DNA of 61,513 nucleotides, counting the filler, from Dirinaria sp. TL-2023a (Eukaryota): the NCBI GenBank assembly GCA_051941275.1. It is 3 parts of 3 records of this genome, joined end to end, with 100 filler letters (N's around TTAATTAATTAA, not from the genome) between each part and the next. Parts side by side here need not be neighbours in the genome. Positions count along the whole stretch, not along the records: positions 20,548 to 40,983 come from JAVEBF010000286.1; 2 more parts are not named here. One strand, 5' to 3'. A model generated the notes under the pieces. That model did no database searches, was not told where the DNA came from, and saw nothing but the letters and a program-made list of their open reading frames with translations. The translations under genes and the position numbers were made by a program. The stretch's first letter is position 1; the number at the start of each line of letters is the position of its first letter. Shown here one piece after another: positions 25,475 to 39,166 of this stretch.

Positions 25475-26680
25475 CTAATACTGTGACACTAAAGCTGTTT
25501 CCTTCAGCATCATCTCAGACCTATACATCGCAAGCACACCATCAATGTACACCAGCATTCGCTCGGATGCACTTCCTGCCTCGCAAGGATCCTGTGGCAG
25601 TATACTTGCCATCGCAGAGACATCGACATCATCCCTATGGGTAGCTGGCGGAGGACTTATCTGAGGCTGGTCTAGCTCCGACAAGCTGGTCAGCTTGCCA
25701 TGTTTGGCATATGCCTTTTCCTCTCGCCGTGCGATAAAGGCACTGACGCACTTGACCAGATACTGTTTCCGCTCCCACTTCGTCACCGGGTCCGATCCCA
25801 TATCACGTCGTTCAACAAAGGCACCGGCGCTCTTGATCAGGAATTTTTTCCTCTCCCACTTCGTCATCTGGTCTGATTCCGACGAAGAAATACTATCATC
25901 TCTCATCGTCGACTCGCGCTTCGCATTCTGATCTATCTCCTCATCAGCATCCCATCCACCACGCGATTTCACCTGCGTCGATGCGCAGACACTCACATTC
26001 TCCGGCCCTGGATAGCTTTCCCGCACCTTGATCTTCTGTCTCGAAGAAACGGTAGATCTCCACGCTCGTGACAATGCGGAGCATCTAGCCAGTCGTTCAG
26101 CGGCTTGTCGCTCCTCTTCCAGTGCCATATCATGAAAAGCCCAGACCCTGTTCAGCTCGATGTCGAACAGGGTTTCCCAACCCTTGGAAGCTTCATAGGG
26201 GTTCTTGTCCCTGTCGTGACGGCAGATTTTTTTGGCTTCCTCCATCTCAGCCGCGAGCTGTTGTTCGGATTTGTGGTTCTGCAGCTGCGATATTTCGTTC
26301 ATGCCGCGAGCATGAAGTCTGATCTGCTGGTCTTTATAATCCTTCCACAGTTCCTGGGTACTGTAGGAGTGGTGATGACGGTGGGGCTCTTTGGAACCGC
26401 AACCCTCGAATGGGCAGCTTGGTCCATCATCCTCTTCATCAACGCAACAATAGCCCGGAGTAAGCTCGTCCGGATACACGTGCACGTGCCGGGAACCATG
26501 GGAAGTACATCCTTCCCAAAGACAGACCTGGTTCGAATAGGGCAGGAGTACGAGGGTCGATCTCTCCCAAAACACGTCGTCGGCGCTGTACTTTGAAATG
26601 GGCAAGCTCGAAAGACGGAAATTGGGTTTACTTTTCTTCGTGGTGGTCGCTGAATCTGCGGATTGGATCGAAGGAGCCAT
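25475..26680 (-). CDS. Hypothetical 401-aa protein with duplicated Cys/His motif and duplicated TKWERK helix
   Basis: Long uninterrupted ORF with ATG in good context (ATC ATG GCT). Internal repeats are visible at the protein level. Confidence 0.65.
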   Translation of the reverse strand: MAPSIQSADSATTTKKSKPNFRLSSLPISKYSADDVFWERSTLVLLPYSNQVCLWEGCTSHGSRHVHVYPDELTPGYCCVDEEDDGPSCPFEGCGSKEPHRHHHSYSTQELWKDYKDQQIRLHARGMNEISQLQNHKSEQQLAAEMEEAKKICRHDRDKNPYEASKGWETLFDIELNRVWAFHDMALEEERQAAERLARCSALSRAWRSTVSSRQKIKVRESYPGPENVSVCASTQVKSRGGWDADEEIDQNAKRESTMRDDSISSSESDQMTKWERKKFLIKSAGAFVERRDMGSDPVTKWERKQYLVKCVSAFIARREEKAYAKHGKLTSLSELDQPQISPPPATHRDDVDVSAMASILPQDPCEAGSASERMLVYIDGVLAMYRSEMMLKETALVSQY

Positions 26681-29430
26681 GATGATATCGAGTTCTGGTG
26701 AGAGTTGAGTGTATTGATACTATGGCTGTTATAGAGAATCTGCGTGTCCCGCGCGAGCTTGGGAGACTTGAAAGCTTCTTGTGAAGCAGAGATGAGTCGG
26801 CTTGATTTATAGAATATTCCTCAAGAGTCGGAGCAGGGGGTTTAGGGGTGTTTCCGGAAGATTGGTGGGGAAAAGAAATGGCTTTGTTATGTTTAAACAA
26901 AGAACGGAATTCAGGGGGAAAAGGGGGTATAATAGTTCTGAAGAAGGAACTAGGTACACAAAGCGATTGTTCTGTTCCGATGCTGCGAAAGCAATCAAAG
27001 GAGGCAAAAATAGGCAGTGGATTGAGGAATCAGGTGAGTCAGTCTTCTATTCTCTATCACATAGCATGAAACATGAGTTTTGCACAAAAGATGATAGGAC
27101 TGGGACAGCTGCCAAGGAGCGAGCTGAGCGTTTTATATACTCATCGCCAAGAAGATGTGATGTGAGAAACCGATGTTTCCCAACACGAACAGAAAAAAAA
27201 AGTAATGACTCAGAATTTCCGCTTCGGGGTATTATTTCGGTCGGTGGCTTGGTCATGTGCGAAGGAACATGCCGCGTGTTTCCGGTTTACAGGTGTTGGG
27301 GGAAAAAAGAAAAGAAAGGAAAAAAGGAAAAGGGCTCAGAACGCCCAGCATATCACACTTTTCAGTGCTAGGCAGCTGAGGAAGCAAGTGGTTTTCCCCC
27401 AACAACCAACTCCCCCCCCCACTTCTCCCCAAGAAAAAGGGGGATGGGCGAAAATGCAGCGCTGTGGTATCCTTATATATTGGGAATATTTCTCAAATTT
27501 GCCTTCCTACTGAGAGAGACAATTCTGGCGCAGATTGATGTCCCTTCACAGATTTCCTTTTGCGAATGGAAGAATTGAATCCAAAGAGAATAGATCTTCT
27601 TCGCTTGTGAATTGGTCGAGGCTATAGCGGTGAGCGTGCATGACTAGACCTATCAATCTCTGAAAAAGTCCATGGCGACTTGAGAATATGATAGTGGAAC
27701 CAACTTATCTTGGAATAACGGAATAGCGCCTCATTCACATTTTCAGACACGAACACCATCTGCACGGATACAGTACAAAGAAAATATTCTAAAGACATTG
27801 AAAATCTGCCATCGATCACACACAACAACTCGAACTTCGATGCTGGCGGCCAACCATCGATCTTTCACTCCCCAAGGGGAATTGCCGAAATTCATGTCGG
27901 CCTCGGACGAGCAATTAGACGTTGAAAAATAACAGAGATCGGATCGCAGAATTTCAGATGAAAAAATACCTTATATCAAGAAAATGCGCAATCAGAGGTG
28001 AAAGCTAAGAAAGAAGGAGTTTAAAAAATGACTATCCAAAACCCACACACACACAGAGAAAAAAAAAAGGAGCAAAAAAGCTGCCAACGAAGCCTCTGTC
28101 CTTCCTCCATTTTTTACCAAACTTCCTCACTCTTTTCTCAAAGCCCAAAATCCAGGACGTGTTTACCCATCTAACGTCCACACATTTCCTCCCATCCTAA
28201 AAATCCCATCCCAAACCCACATCTCCTTCCTCAAAACAACGAAGCAGCTAACCTGACCCCAAACCAACACCCGAGCTCCTTCGTCGAACAATTGAACTTT
28301 TCTGACTCATGAATGAGATCCTCTCTCTCCCACCTCAAGCAAAAGTTCTTCAATATCGAGAAAAGAGACGCCACTCGTATTACTTCTCACGATTGAAATT
28401 TTTTTTGTTGAGGCCTTTAACGCTAGCGCTAACGTAGCTAGTGGGGTGAAAGTATACAGTATCCCCGCATCAATTTTCATGAATTCATGTTTCTACACCA
28501 AAACTTTTCACATTTTACCACGAGACCTTGTATCTCTTGATATAAATACCAGATTCCCATACCATCATGAGTCTCAAGTCACGAATTTTGCAAACAAAAA
28601 ATCTGTCCATGACAATAGTTATGTATATATTGACATCACAGCCCTTACTAGATTTGCTTGGTTCTATGTTCGAAAACTCATCATTATTACTATAGAAAAA
28701 AGCCCTCAACTCTTCCTAAAATATTCCTCAACACAAATCTTCTCAATTTCAATATTCTTCTCCTTCCATGCAAATCCCTTCGGAAAATCCTTTTTTTTTT
28801 ATAGTCTTTAGAATCCTCTATCCCAAAAGTTCACGATTGTTTATCCCCTCTCTCTTTATTCTGAGAATGTTAGATGAGAGGAGTAATACCCGTGCCTTAC
28901 GCAAGGTGGTTGGTTTTGGGTGTGAGGTACTGTCAGTCTACGACAAAGCCGTGTTCGGGTGATCTTGGAGAGGGAGTGTTGGTGGTTGTGGGTACGGCTT
29001 GGATTTGGGTATAGAGGTTGGACGAGTACGTGTACTAAGTGTGTTCTTTTCCCACTTCTTGCGCAGGGAATAAGATGGAGGAGGGCAAGGTGCGGTCGGG
29101 AGATGGGGGTTTTCTGGATGAGTTTCGGGGAGAGGAAGATTGTTGGAAAATGACATTTTTTATGACACTGCGGTTAGAATTGCCAGGAGGATTTGGCCCC
29201 CTTAAATACACATAACCATGCTAAGACGCTGGATATAGACGAAATTCCAACAATAAAGTTGTGCGCAGAGCACGACTTTTGAATGTAGAGGGTATGCTAA
29301 AGGGAGGGACTCTTCACTATTTATTTTCCGTGAAGAAACCTAGTCGATGTTGGAACTAATATTTTTCCTATCGCAATACAATAGTGTCCAATTGATATAT
29401 TAATCTAAGGTTCGCGAGATCCCTAGCCAT

Positions 29431-30485
29431 TCAAGAATAGCGACCCACAATCGCCTGAAGCTCGTCATCGCTCAACTGCTTCATGCCCAGCAAATCGTTA
29501 TCCAATTTCTGGAAGTGACCCCCGAAATCCTCGCCCCAAACGCACGCGATGATGAAATTAAAAATAAAGACACCCGGATTCGGTTTGTCTTTGCGAAGCT
29601 CTTCCCAAGCGTTCGCCAGCACTTCGTCCACGGCGACGATTTGTTCTTTCCAGCCCTCTGAGCCGCCGCCGGTGGCTTTCTTAGCCTTGGCCAGGAGGTC
29701 CTTCAAGGTCGTAGCTATGTCTTGAACAAATACCGCGCGATTCTTGGTCGCGTCTAGGTTCCGAAGCACGCCCACGACGGCTTTGCCAATGGATCCGAGG
29801 GTCGTGGTGCTGAAGACGCCGTCGCCGCCGTTGTAGAGGTTGATGCTCTTTTCCTTGGTCTTCATGAGAAAGCCGATCATGAAGCTCCAATCTAGGAACA
29901 GGCCGGTGTGGATCAAGGTATAAGACATCCCATCGGGGTTGCTGCTCGCTTGCTCCTTGAGGGCATCCTGCACCGCCACTTTGGGTTGGAAGATGGGCAG
30001 GGATCGCGTCTTCTCGTGCGAGGAGGTGTTAGCGCCGAATTCGGATGGGAGAAAGCGCTTGATGCCCGCTTTGGCAGCGGCCTCGACGAGTAGGAGTTGC
30101 TCATTGTTATTGGTGGAGCCGTTGTTGGGAAAGCTGGATGCGAGTGAGGGGAGGCTGGACACTACTGCGTCTTGGCCTTGGAGAGCCAATGTGAGAGAGT
30201 CGAGGGAGGTGTAGTCCACTTGCCGAACGGTGACCGAGGAAGGCAAATTAGGCGGGGTAGTTTGGCGGGTTAGGACTGTGACTCGGAAGCCGGCCGAGAC
30301 TAGAGCGTCGAGGATCGCGGGGCCAAGGTTGCCGGTTGCCTGCGGCACGAAGCTTGCGTTAGAGAAAGATAAGAAATGCCTTTGATGGAAGATAGCGTCG
30401 GATACAAGAGTTCAAGCTGTAAGGGTTCAAAATGCGAATAATGTCCACGTACCCCGGCCAACGCGACTTTGTCGATGGAGCTCAT
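29431..30485 (-). CDS. NmrA-like / isoflavone-reductase-family NAD(P)-dependent oxidoreductase (2 exons)
   Basis: MSSIDKVALAG|ATGNLGPAIL (GxxGxxG split by an intron), ALQGQDAVVS, AAAKAGIKRFLPSEFG, TGLFLDW. Confidence 0.9.
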
Positions 30486-31867
30486 GTTGTGATGTTCTTG
30501 GTACCTTTCCCAAATTCAAAGGCCGAGCAAAGGGAAAAAAGGTAATGTATTATATAACAATGGTTTTCCAGCTAAAGTATAGAGGAATAAGAAGTTATCA
30601 TGCAAAGGTACTGTACGAGCAAGGAGATAGCTGAAGTGAGTGACATATGTAAAGATCAACGATCAGCCACTGTCGGCGTTCACCCTTGCACCGCTGACAA
30701 ATGCGCTTCCTGCCCTCATTTGTAAGCACACAGATACCTGGCATCCTTGGATATTGAGTCGGCAATGACAGCGTCTACAATCCTCAGAATTACAAGGCTC
30801 ATCTTCTGAGAGTGATTCCGCCTAATTTACCGGTGCTTTGGGAAGCTGAGGCTCGTGTGCGAATTGTAAAGTAGGTCCTGTGATCCTTGGTACATGCATG
30901 AGAAGGCTGTAGGAAATATGTAGTAAGGTAAAGAGTCCTTAGCGAAGAATATGTATATAGGGGGAGAGGGGAACGATAGAGAAAGTACTTATAATGCCTA
31001 AATGAAATGCATTGAAAGTCGATTAAACAACAGGATTCCATGTAGATCACAGTAAGCTTGAGACCGTTGACGAGATATCGTGTTATGGTATAACACCATA
31101 CTATGCCTGTCCGTATGTCAGAGCAATCAGTATTCGAAAAAGTGGGATGGCGCTCGACTGTGGCGCTCAGGAGGAAGGGAATTGGAACCAGGCAATGTGA
31201 CTGAGGATGCATCAGGCATGTTGTAAAGGCTGTGGCGTAATTAGAACTTCGAATACCGTTGGTCAATCTGTGTGAGGTACAGGATACTGCGCAGTCGTGA
31301 TCGATATATGACTAAATCCTCCCAATTTGCACACCAGGGACTGTCAAATTGATCTGAGGATATTATTTTTCTGTTTATAATCCGTCAGAGATCTAAGTAA
31401 AAGCTGTATCTGGTTAGCGGCTTAGGGCTTCGGATTGCTTGCCGAGTGTCCGAGGTCGGCGAGCTTGGCACTTTGAGAGGCTTGGCATGTACAATTACTA
31501 CTGTACTCCGTACTCTGCGTCCTCTCCACACTGAACTGAGAGGTGAGCATGGGATGAATAACTTGTCAATAGCTGCTTCTCTAATCGCTTCAGAAGTTTC
31601 AATCAACGAAGCTCTATTATGTACAAGAGCAGGCGCCCCCACCAAGGCTACTCCACTCAATATTACATCCGTGTTTTGCGCAAAGCTATCACTGCGCTGA
31701 AAACGCATGCCTGGATCGTAAGCAAAAACTACTGGCACTGAAAAGCTGTTTGAGCACTACTAAGTTTTGTTCTTAGTGCGGCTGGGGTAAATCTCTAGCC
31801 TTTTGCACCAGGTGGAGCCATCATGTACGCATTATTTCGACTTGGAAACGTCACTCATCGCCACTTA

Positions 31868-33683
31868 TCACAACGAGCCACGCATCTCGAGAGACTCATA
31901 CATGTTGACTGACCCGATCCTCTGGTAGATTGCGTCAAGAGGATCCTCCTCATCCGTGATTTTCCCCTTCTGCCGTTCCATTCTCTCATTTACGGCCCAG
32001 GAGATTCTTTCGGCACCAACCCTGGCGCCTTCCAAATTTCCGCAGTCGGGACCGATTCTGAGACCTGCTAGCTTGCCTGAAACATAAAGAGGCACGTCGC
32101 TCGCCCATGCAAGGTCTTCGGTCAAGCACGGCATACCCCCAATGACTTTGATTGGCACGTTCTGACGTATTTTTGAGAGAAATGGAAGGTGCTCGATGTC
32201 CGGTCGAGCGCCCGTGGCATAGTACACATAATCGACTTGGCTTGGAAAGCCCGGAATGGTTGGCTCGGTTTCGATGTTCCAGGTTTTGCGATCAGCAGCC
32301 CACGTCTGGTTACTGATGATTGTCTCTGTGTGGATAGAGAGCGCGCCACGAGCAATATGGGCTTGCAGCTTCTTAAAGAAGAGGGGTGGGATAGAACCTC
32401 CATTTCGTGCCTTGAGCAGTATTTCGAGGCGTTCTAATGCACAATTAGTAAACATTCTTCACCGCTCTTAGTCTGCTAACGTCTTGCCTTCGTCGCTATC
32501 GGCAGACCAGAAAGCCGCCTTCTGCACGTTCTTATACTTAGCCATCCAGTCAAGGTCGACATCAAAAGGCTTCACTGGCGTTCAGTAAGCACGATCCATT
32601 CTCGCGATGCAATGTGATTGACCACTTGCGTTTCAGAGCACTTCTCATGATCATAAAGACCCGGCTCACCCCATCCTGTATACACTTGTTTGCAAGCTGC
32701 GCGGCCGTTAATCCTCCTCCTACAATTACAACCACCGTCGACTGTCGTGTCAGTATCTTTTGCCTTACGCTTCTTGCGAGAAAGGCTTGCTTCGGTAAGT
32801 GTGCGCTATGACACGCGCCTTCTCTCTCTGCTGTTGATAGGTGTCGAGGCATGATCGGCTCACCACCAGCCCCGATAGCAAGAACTACAATCTTTGCAAA
32901 TTGAACACTCCCACTACCCGTGACTACTTTGAAAACTCTTTTTTCAGGATCGCCATTATTAGAATCATCGAAGAACCCAAAGTCGATCGATACCACCTGC
33001 GACTGTTCAACCAGATTCTCCAAAGAATACTGGTGTACCACGCCATCACAGTAGTCGTGGAACAGTTCTGAAGATGGAGTGAAGTAATCCTTACGGTCTC
33101 GCTCGTCGATTTCAAGCACGGCTTTACTTGATGACCCGACACTTTGGCCCCTAGCCACTTTCTTCTTTCGTCTATGCTTGCTCATCGATTTGTGCACACA
33201 GTTCGCGATCTCAACGCAGTCGCCGTAGCGATCTGTCTTGTGTGCATAGGCTAGTAATCCATCGCGATCGTGAGGACAGGGATGGAAGAACATGGGACTT
33301 CGGAGGTGCGAGATGTCCAAAGTTTCGAAATTCTTCTTCCAGCTGTTCAGCCAATTGGCGCCGCTGCTGTCTAGGACTTTGATATCGATCGTATCTCTGT
33401 GGAAGCTCGCCGCATTGCACCTGAGAAGTATGTGTTCAGTCATGATGCCTGCAGAGCACATGGAAAAGGTTCAGTACTTAGTAATGGAGCACTTGGACTT
33501 TTGCGCATCCCGAGCACGGGGACGAAGGTTCATGCGCCCGGAATGCCTCTTGATCCACTGATAACGGTCATGCTCTGCGTCTGTGAAGATCGAGGAGGGT
33601 GTGGGCTCTCGGAGACGGGCAGCGACAGCAAGACCCGCTGGCCCAGCGCCAATTATCAGTACATCATGAATCATTGTATCCAT
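31868..33683 (-). CDS. FAD/NAD(P)-binding oxidoreductase (lysine N6-monooxygenase-like fold), multi-exon
   Basis: DVLIIGAGPAGLAVAARLRE, HLRSPMFFHP, VVLAIGAG, second Rossmann motif VVIVGGGLTAAQL, YYATG, GNLEGARVGAERI. Confidence 0.85.
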
Positions 33684-36600
33684 ATTTATTCCCTTTCCTT
33701 GATCGAAGAATGGTGGCTATATAAAGGTATGAGGCATGGCCGACGAACGGGAACAAGGTCCTCACATGATATTCGCAAGAAGTTATGCAAGGTACTCAAA
33801 CCCTGCACAGCCCAATCAAAACGCCAGGATTGGTTTACAAGCAGCATTGATCTCTCCCGAAATAAAGAACCCCAATGAAGAAAGGGCTCAATAATAGGTG
33901 GGAGCAGCCAAAAAAAATCCCTATCACCACACGCGTTGCACCACTGTGTGTGTTCTACTTACCTATTCTTTTTCAATTTTTAGCCCTTCTAGGCACAAAC
34001 CAGTTTTCAAAAGTAAATTCTTTAGCACTTGGAGAGCATTACACACATACATAGCTTGCCTTAATTTGCTCGCAGGTTGAAGGACGAAACAAAAATACCC
34101 GACCTAAGAGCCCGAGCGACTGGTTTCCATTTTGGTCTTAGCTTCTAAATAAACCCTTTCCATTCTCGCCTCACGCAAAACAGACACCGAGCCATGGTAA
34201 GATTACAAGCTTCGGCATAGTGGGTCTGAGACTCTCAAGTTGCCAATATAGTCCGAGGTATCTCAGAGATGGTATTCGTAAGCGATGGATGTACGCTAGA
34301 AGAGGCTCTCTTGATAGATAGGCTCTCGGTGCTGCGCGACTTTCTTCCGAGAACCATTGAAGTCGTGAGAGCACGAGATCGATGTCGTAAGGCGTTTTTT
34401 TTTTTTTTTTTCTTTTTTGAATAAAGAGTAACATAAGAAGGAGGCTCGAAAAGTTAAAGGAGAATAGTGTGTAAACCGTGATTTCTCTTGATCATATCCT
34501 ATTCTTCACACAAATTTTTGGAGTGGGAAGTGTGTGCTAGCCGATTTTCCCTATACATAACTTCGCCTACAGTCCACTTCCTTCACTCTATCTTACAAAT
34601 TTCATATCTACCTAGTGCGCTCGGATAATAAAGTAAGTCGTCACATCCCCTAGCTATAAGTTATTGTGGACAAAAGTACGGATCCCTTCCCCATCCCCCC
34701 TCAACTGCTCCTTCATGAGCTCAGTCCCTTCCATCTCAGATAACCATAGTAAGTAAAGACGACGAATTTTCGAATAGGACTGCTCATCTCAAATACCGAC
34801 CAACCAACTCCTAACCTCCTCCCTGCAAGGAATTACTCCCTATCCACTCCCCGATGAAGATCATTAACCTTCCCTTCAAGTTTTCTCAACCCCGCCTCAA
34901 AAAATCTCAGATATCTCCGTGCCCGGTTTCGTGGATCTTCACCATCGTCCGAATCGATTCGATGAGATAGAGGAAGGGGGCTAGATATCTTGTACAGGGT
35001 CTCTAGAGATGGGGGGGATGAGGGGGTTTGGTACAGTGTATATCTGTTTTTGTAAGGTGGTAGATGAGGAGAAAAGGTAAGTAGATTGCTTGCTTGCGCT
35101 GGTGATGGATCTTATACTTGGTTTTTTTTTGGGTGGGTGGGGGGTTGGTGGTTAGGGTGCTTTTGTGAGCTTGAAAGTGTACAGGGAAATTTCTTAGCTT
35201 TTGAGAAATATTAATTCTCTAGAACGAGGACTGGAAGAGGAATTTCGAAATTCAGACGTGATGTGCCTTTTTTTTTTGTTGACCAGGGGAAGATGATCTG
35301 GATATTCGAGAATCTTTCTCGAAGGACTGCAGATTGGGATTGTTTATTGACTGAGACTGACTTCGCAGTTATAGTGATGCTACTATGCAAGGGTATAAAG
35401 AATGATAGAGATAAGTGCGTTTTGGGAATATATGGTGGTGGTGATATAAAATGCTGTTTCAACGCTGCGCAGCAGAGCTTTTGAAAGAAAAGACATCATG
35501 TGTCGAGAGAGGTGATTCCAAAGATCCTACAAGAAACCCTCTAGAAATTTTTCGGCCGAAACCGAAAGTTTTTGGGAGCGCAACGATGGAGAATGGTTTT
35601 TCTCTACACGCTCGCTTTTTTTTTTTTTTTCTTCTTTTTCTTCTTTTTCTTTTTTTTCTCCATCTCTCTCTTTCTTTTGGGCGTAGAAACCAAACTCTCA
35701 AAAGACTCGAATTAAAGTAATTCTGCTAATGTAAACTCTAAAGCTCTCATTGTTCCACAGATCTTGTTCAGAGCACGGTCCCAACAACAACATTCTCTCA
35801 ACTAGCTTCCTCATTCAGTACTGGACAATACAAGCATTCTCCTCTATCTTCACTTCTTACTGTTCTCGTGAGGACTTTTTTCGTGTATCGTTCTGTGGTA
35901 TCTTAAAGATTTGGAACGACAATTGTATACGTGTAGTATGGAGCTTTCTGAGTGCATACTTTCGAGCTCGTCGTCATCATCCAAAACATAGATATCCATC
36001 ACTGCGTTTTAATCACGACTGCGAAACCGCTGTAGCATACACTCTTTCTCAAAAGCAGACAGATAAGCAAACTGATTGCTTAGGCAAGATCAGAGCTAGC
36101 GCTTGACGAAAGAACTCGCAGTCTTTTCTCCAGATTTTTCTAATCGCTCCCTATTTATATTGTTGAGATATGAGATAAGTATCAGCCTCCATCGTATTGC
36201 ATGGAGAGCAGACCGGCCCGGTAGACGCTAGGTCTAATGGGGGCAAAGATCTCCGCACACGCACTAAGATACTATGTAAATCATCAGACTCGGCACCAAA
36301 TAGAAGTAAGGCAATACAATTGCAGGTCATAGATTCAATATATATCAATAAAAAACACATAACACTTCATCGACATCTCCTCTAATTTTCACATCAATTG
36401 CATCGTTGATTCAATATCGCATCGCGAAAGCGATTTTTTCACTCACTCACTCACTTCAGATATCGATCACATCGACAGCGGAATATCCAACGCTTAAAAC
36501 AGTATGATTCGAGATAAATTTTTCTGCTTGCTAAAAAAACGTCGACAGAGACTCAAAAATCAAATCTAATGACTTATGATCCGGCAATGATATTATCGAA

Positions 36601-36743
36601 AGAAATTTCTCGTGCACTGAGAGTTTTTTTCATCCCATTTTGCTCAACCCTTTTTTGCCGTCACATCGTATCAGTCTTCTTGACTATCATCAATCACGTG
36701 ATTTTCCACTCCAATATTCTTATAGTCGTGTACAGCTCTCTTT

Positions 36744-39166
36744 TCAATCCATCTTGCCATACCTCATCCCGGGTTTTACCCGCCCGAATTCCTTCCCATC
36801 GTGCATACTCTCGACGTACCGCATCTGCACGGCCTCCTCATTCCGTGCGGACTTGTTTTTCGCCATCGCCGATATTTCTTTCGCTCTTTGCTCTTCGTCA
36901 TCGCTCTCCTCGTCCTCTTCCTCTTCATCGTCCACGAGGGACGCGTCCCGTCCTTGTCCTCCTCCCTTCATCGCGAAAATCCCCACCGCCTTAGCTTTCG
37001 TTTCAGAAATTTTCATTCCCGCGGAGGTATTCGAGAGAACGGCAGGGTCCGGTTGTGAGTCGAGTGCCAGATTCAGTAAGTCATCGAGCTTCTCCCAGGC
37101 GCAAGAGCTGTGTCGGCGGATGATGCAGTAAAGGAAATGCGCGGTGGCGATGCAGACGTAGACCAAAAGAATGGAGACGGAGGCGTAATCTGTCTTGGCC
37201 GAAGCACGGTACGCGTAGACTGTATTTCCACGTCAGTCCGCAATTGTTGGAGTTAAATAACGGTTGAGGTGAGAGCCGAGTGCGCCGGAGCAGAAGTGAC
37301 GTACCATCATTTGCTGAGCCCGTAAGGGAGAAACCAGTCAGACCGCTCACAGGCCTGTCGTCTGGGCAGGTGCTCACGTTGAGTCCCACGGCGGGGATTG
37401 TCTTGACACAGTCGTGCCCGTCTCGAAGAGAGCCGTCGACGAAGAAGAGAGGCGAATCAAGCTGCCGAGAATAGCCCACACGTGCTACGCCGTCGGCAAA
37501 GTACGTAGCAATTAGAGACTCCCAAAATTCATACGGGCTATCCTGGTGCCCTCTCAAGAAACCGTCGATTGGTGGAAGCTGTGTATGTCCCGTGCTCGTC
37601 AATAGATTGGCAATGGTTGAGGCAGATTGCGTGAGTTCGAGCGTCGGGGAAAGATATGGAACGGTTGGCGTCAATGCATCGAGCCAAGCCATAGAGGCTT
37701 TGACATGTCTCCAATGGCTGTTATTGGCTGGGCGGAACCCGGATCCACTGCGATCATCACGCCTTAGGTACCTCTCGTCTGCACTGATTGCGATATCAAG
37801 GAGACCGTCTGCTTGTGTGTGGTTGCTGTCGCCCCAGCGAGCATCGACCGAGCAAGCCAGAGCAGACCTAACCGTATCGTTAGGGGTTTGGAGTGGCTCA
37901 AGAACCACAAGCCCGGCTGTCACAGCCTCAATGTTTTGTGCACCGTCAACCCATACAGTTCTGACGAAGTGCTCATCTACAAAGGATCGATTATCCTGGC
38001 TCCAAATTTGTGGTTCGACAGTCACAACTGCAGTGGCGTTGTTAAGATAAGTAGTATCTAATTCCAATAAGGGAAATTCGACTTGGGTTGTGCTGATGGT
38101 CACTTTTTGCCCTAAACAAACGGTCCTGACGTTCGGGGCCTGCGATTTAATGACAGACGTACGTCCATTGAGACTTAGTCTGATAGGAAAGAACCAAGTT
38201 GGGTCCCACCACAAGATATTTTGAACATATCCAGTAGCGAGGTGAGGAGCTCTAGTCCATGTTTCGATATGTTCGTGTAATGTTATAACTCTTGCGAAAG
38301 TGCTCTCTCGAAAGATTGACGTCCATTCCTGATGGACAGTATTTGATGAACTATCAAGCAAAGCCTGCATCTTTTGGTAAGCCCTAGACACACAATGATC
38401 ATCCAAGAAACTGGTGTTTTGTATGCAAGGATTAGGTTCGGAGGCATTCGAAGTTAAAGTGTGGCCAACATGAGCTTCGGTCAATGTGGTAGGGAAGAGA
38501 TCATCTGAACTTCCACTTAGCCAAACCCGCGGCGAATAAATGACCCTGCCCTATAATCGAGAAGTCAACTATCGCTGCTGAACGGGAGATAAAGAAGAGC
38601 TCACCACTGGCCTTGGCAGCATCAGGACTGCACTAGCGGACCCAATGACCAAAGCGAGTATCGCAGTGATCGTAAGGCTGAATAGGAAGAAGGCCTTCTG
38701 CCACCTTCCAGATTTGCTCCAAAACCAGATCCAGGTTGACTTTGAGAAGATGGACCGAAGACTCAAGGTGTAGCCGGAGACTAGCAGGTTTAATGGTAAA
38801 CCTACGCCGTAGAGAAGCAGAAAGAGAATGATGTCGAGAAGAATAGTGGTCATGCTGAGTACTACTAGGAGCTCCTGTTAAGGTCATTAGCCCTTTGTGT
38901 TTGACAATGGTATGGTTTCTGCGAACCTGTAGTTTGGCAGCAAGTTGGAATGCTGCCAAGGAGTTCGTGGTCGTCCACGATAGGAAGTTCAGATTATGGC
39001 CTATGTATAGGTGATTGAGGTTCATGCACATTAACAATATGGAGATTGAAACTGGAAGAAGGTGTATTGATGCGCATAGTAAAGCACGGGCGAATGTGGT
39101 GTGGATGATAATTTTCTTATTTTCGTATTTCTCAGGTTCGCGAAGAAAGGATTGTTTTCTGCGCAT
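36744..39166 (-). CDS. Uncharacterised fungal membrane protein (multi-exon; N-terminal TM cluster, luminal domain, C-terminal TM)
   Basis: Consecutive minus-strand ORFs 38633-39214, 38569-38853, 37081-38484 and 36744-37166 are separated by intron-like gaps. Hydrophobic segments: IHLLPVSISILL, FQLAAKLQ|ELLV, ILALVIGSASAVLMLPR, ILLVYVCIATAH. NxT/S sites in the middle. Start codon uncertain. Confidence 0.7.

Noticed and set aside
28200..29200. Possible degraded gene (ORF 28446-28811 and intron-like signals)
   Set aside because: Interrupted frames and no family recognisable by eye; would need tBLASTx.
34400..36700. Possible decayed pseudogene or transposon sequence
   Set aside because: It looks eroded, but I found no transposase, RT or other motif and no terminal repeats.
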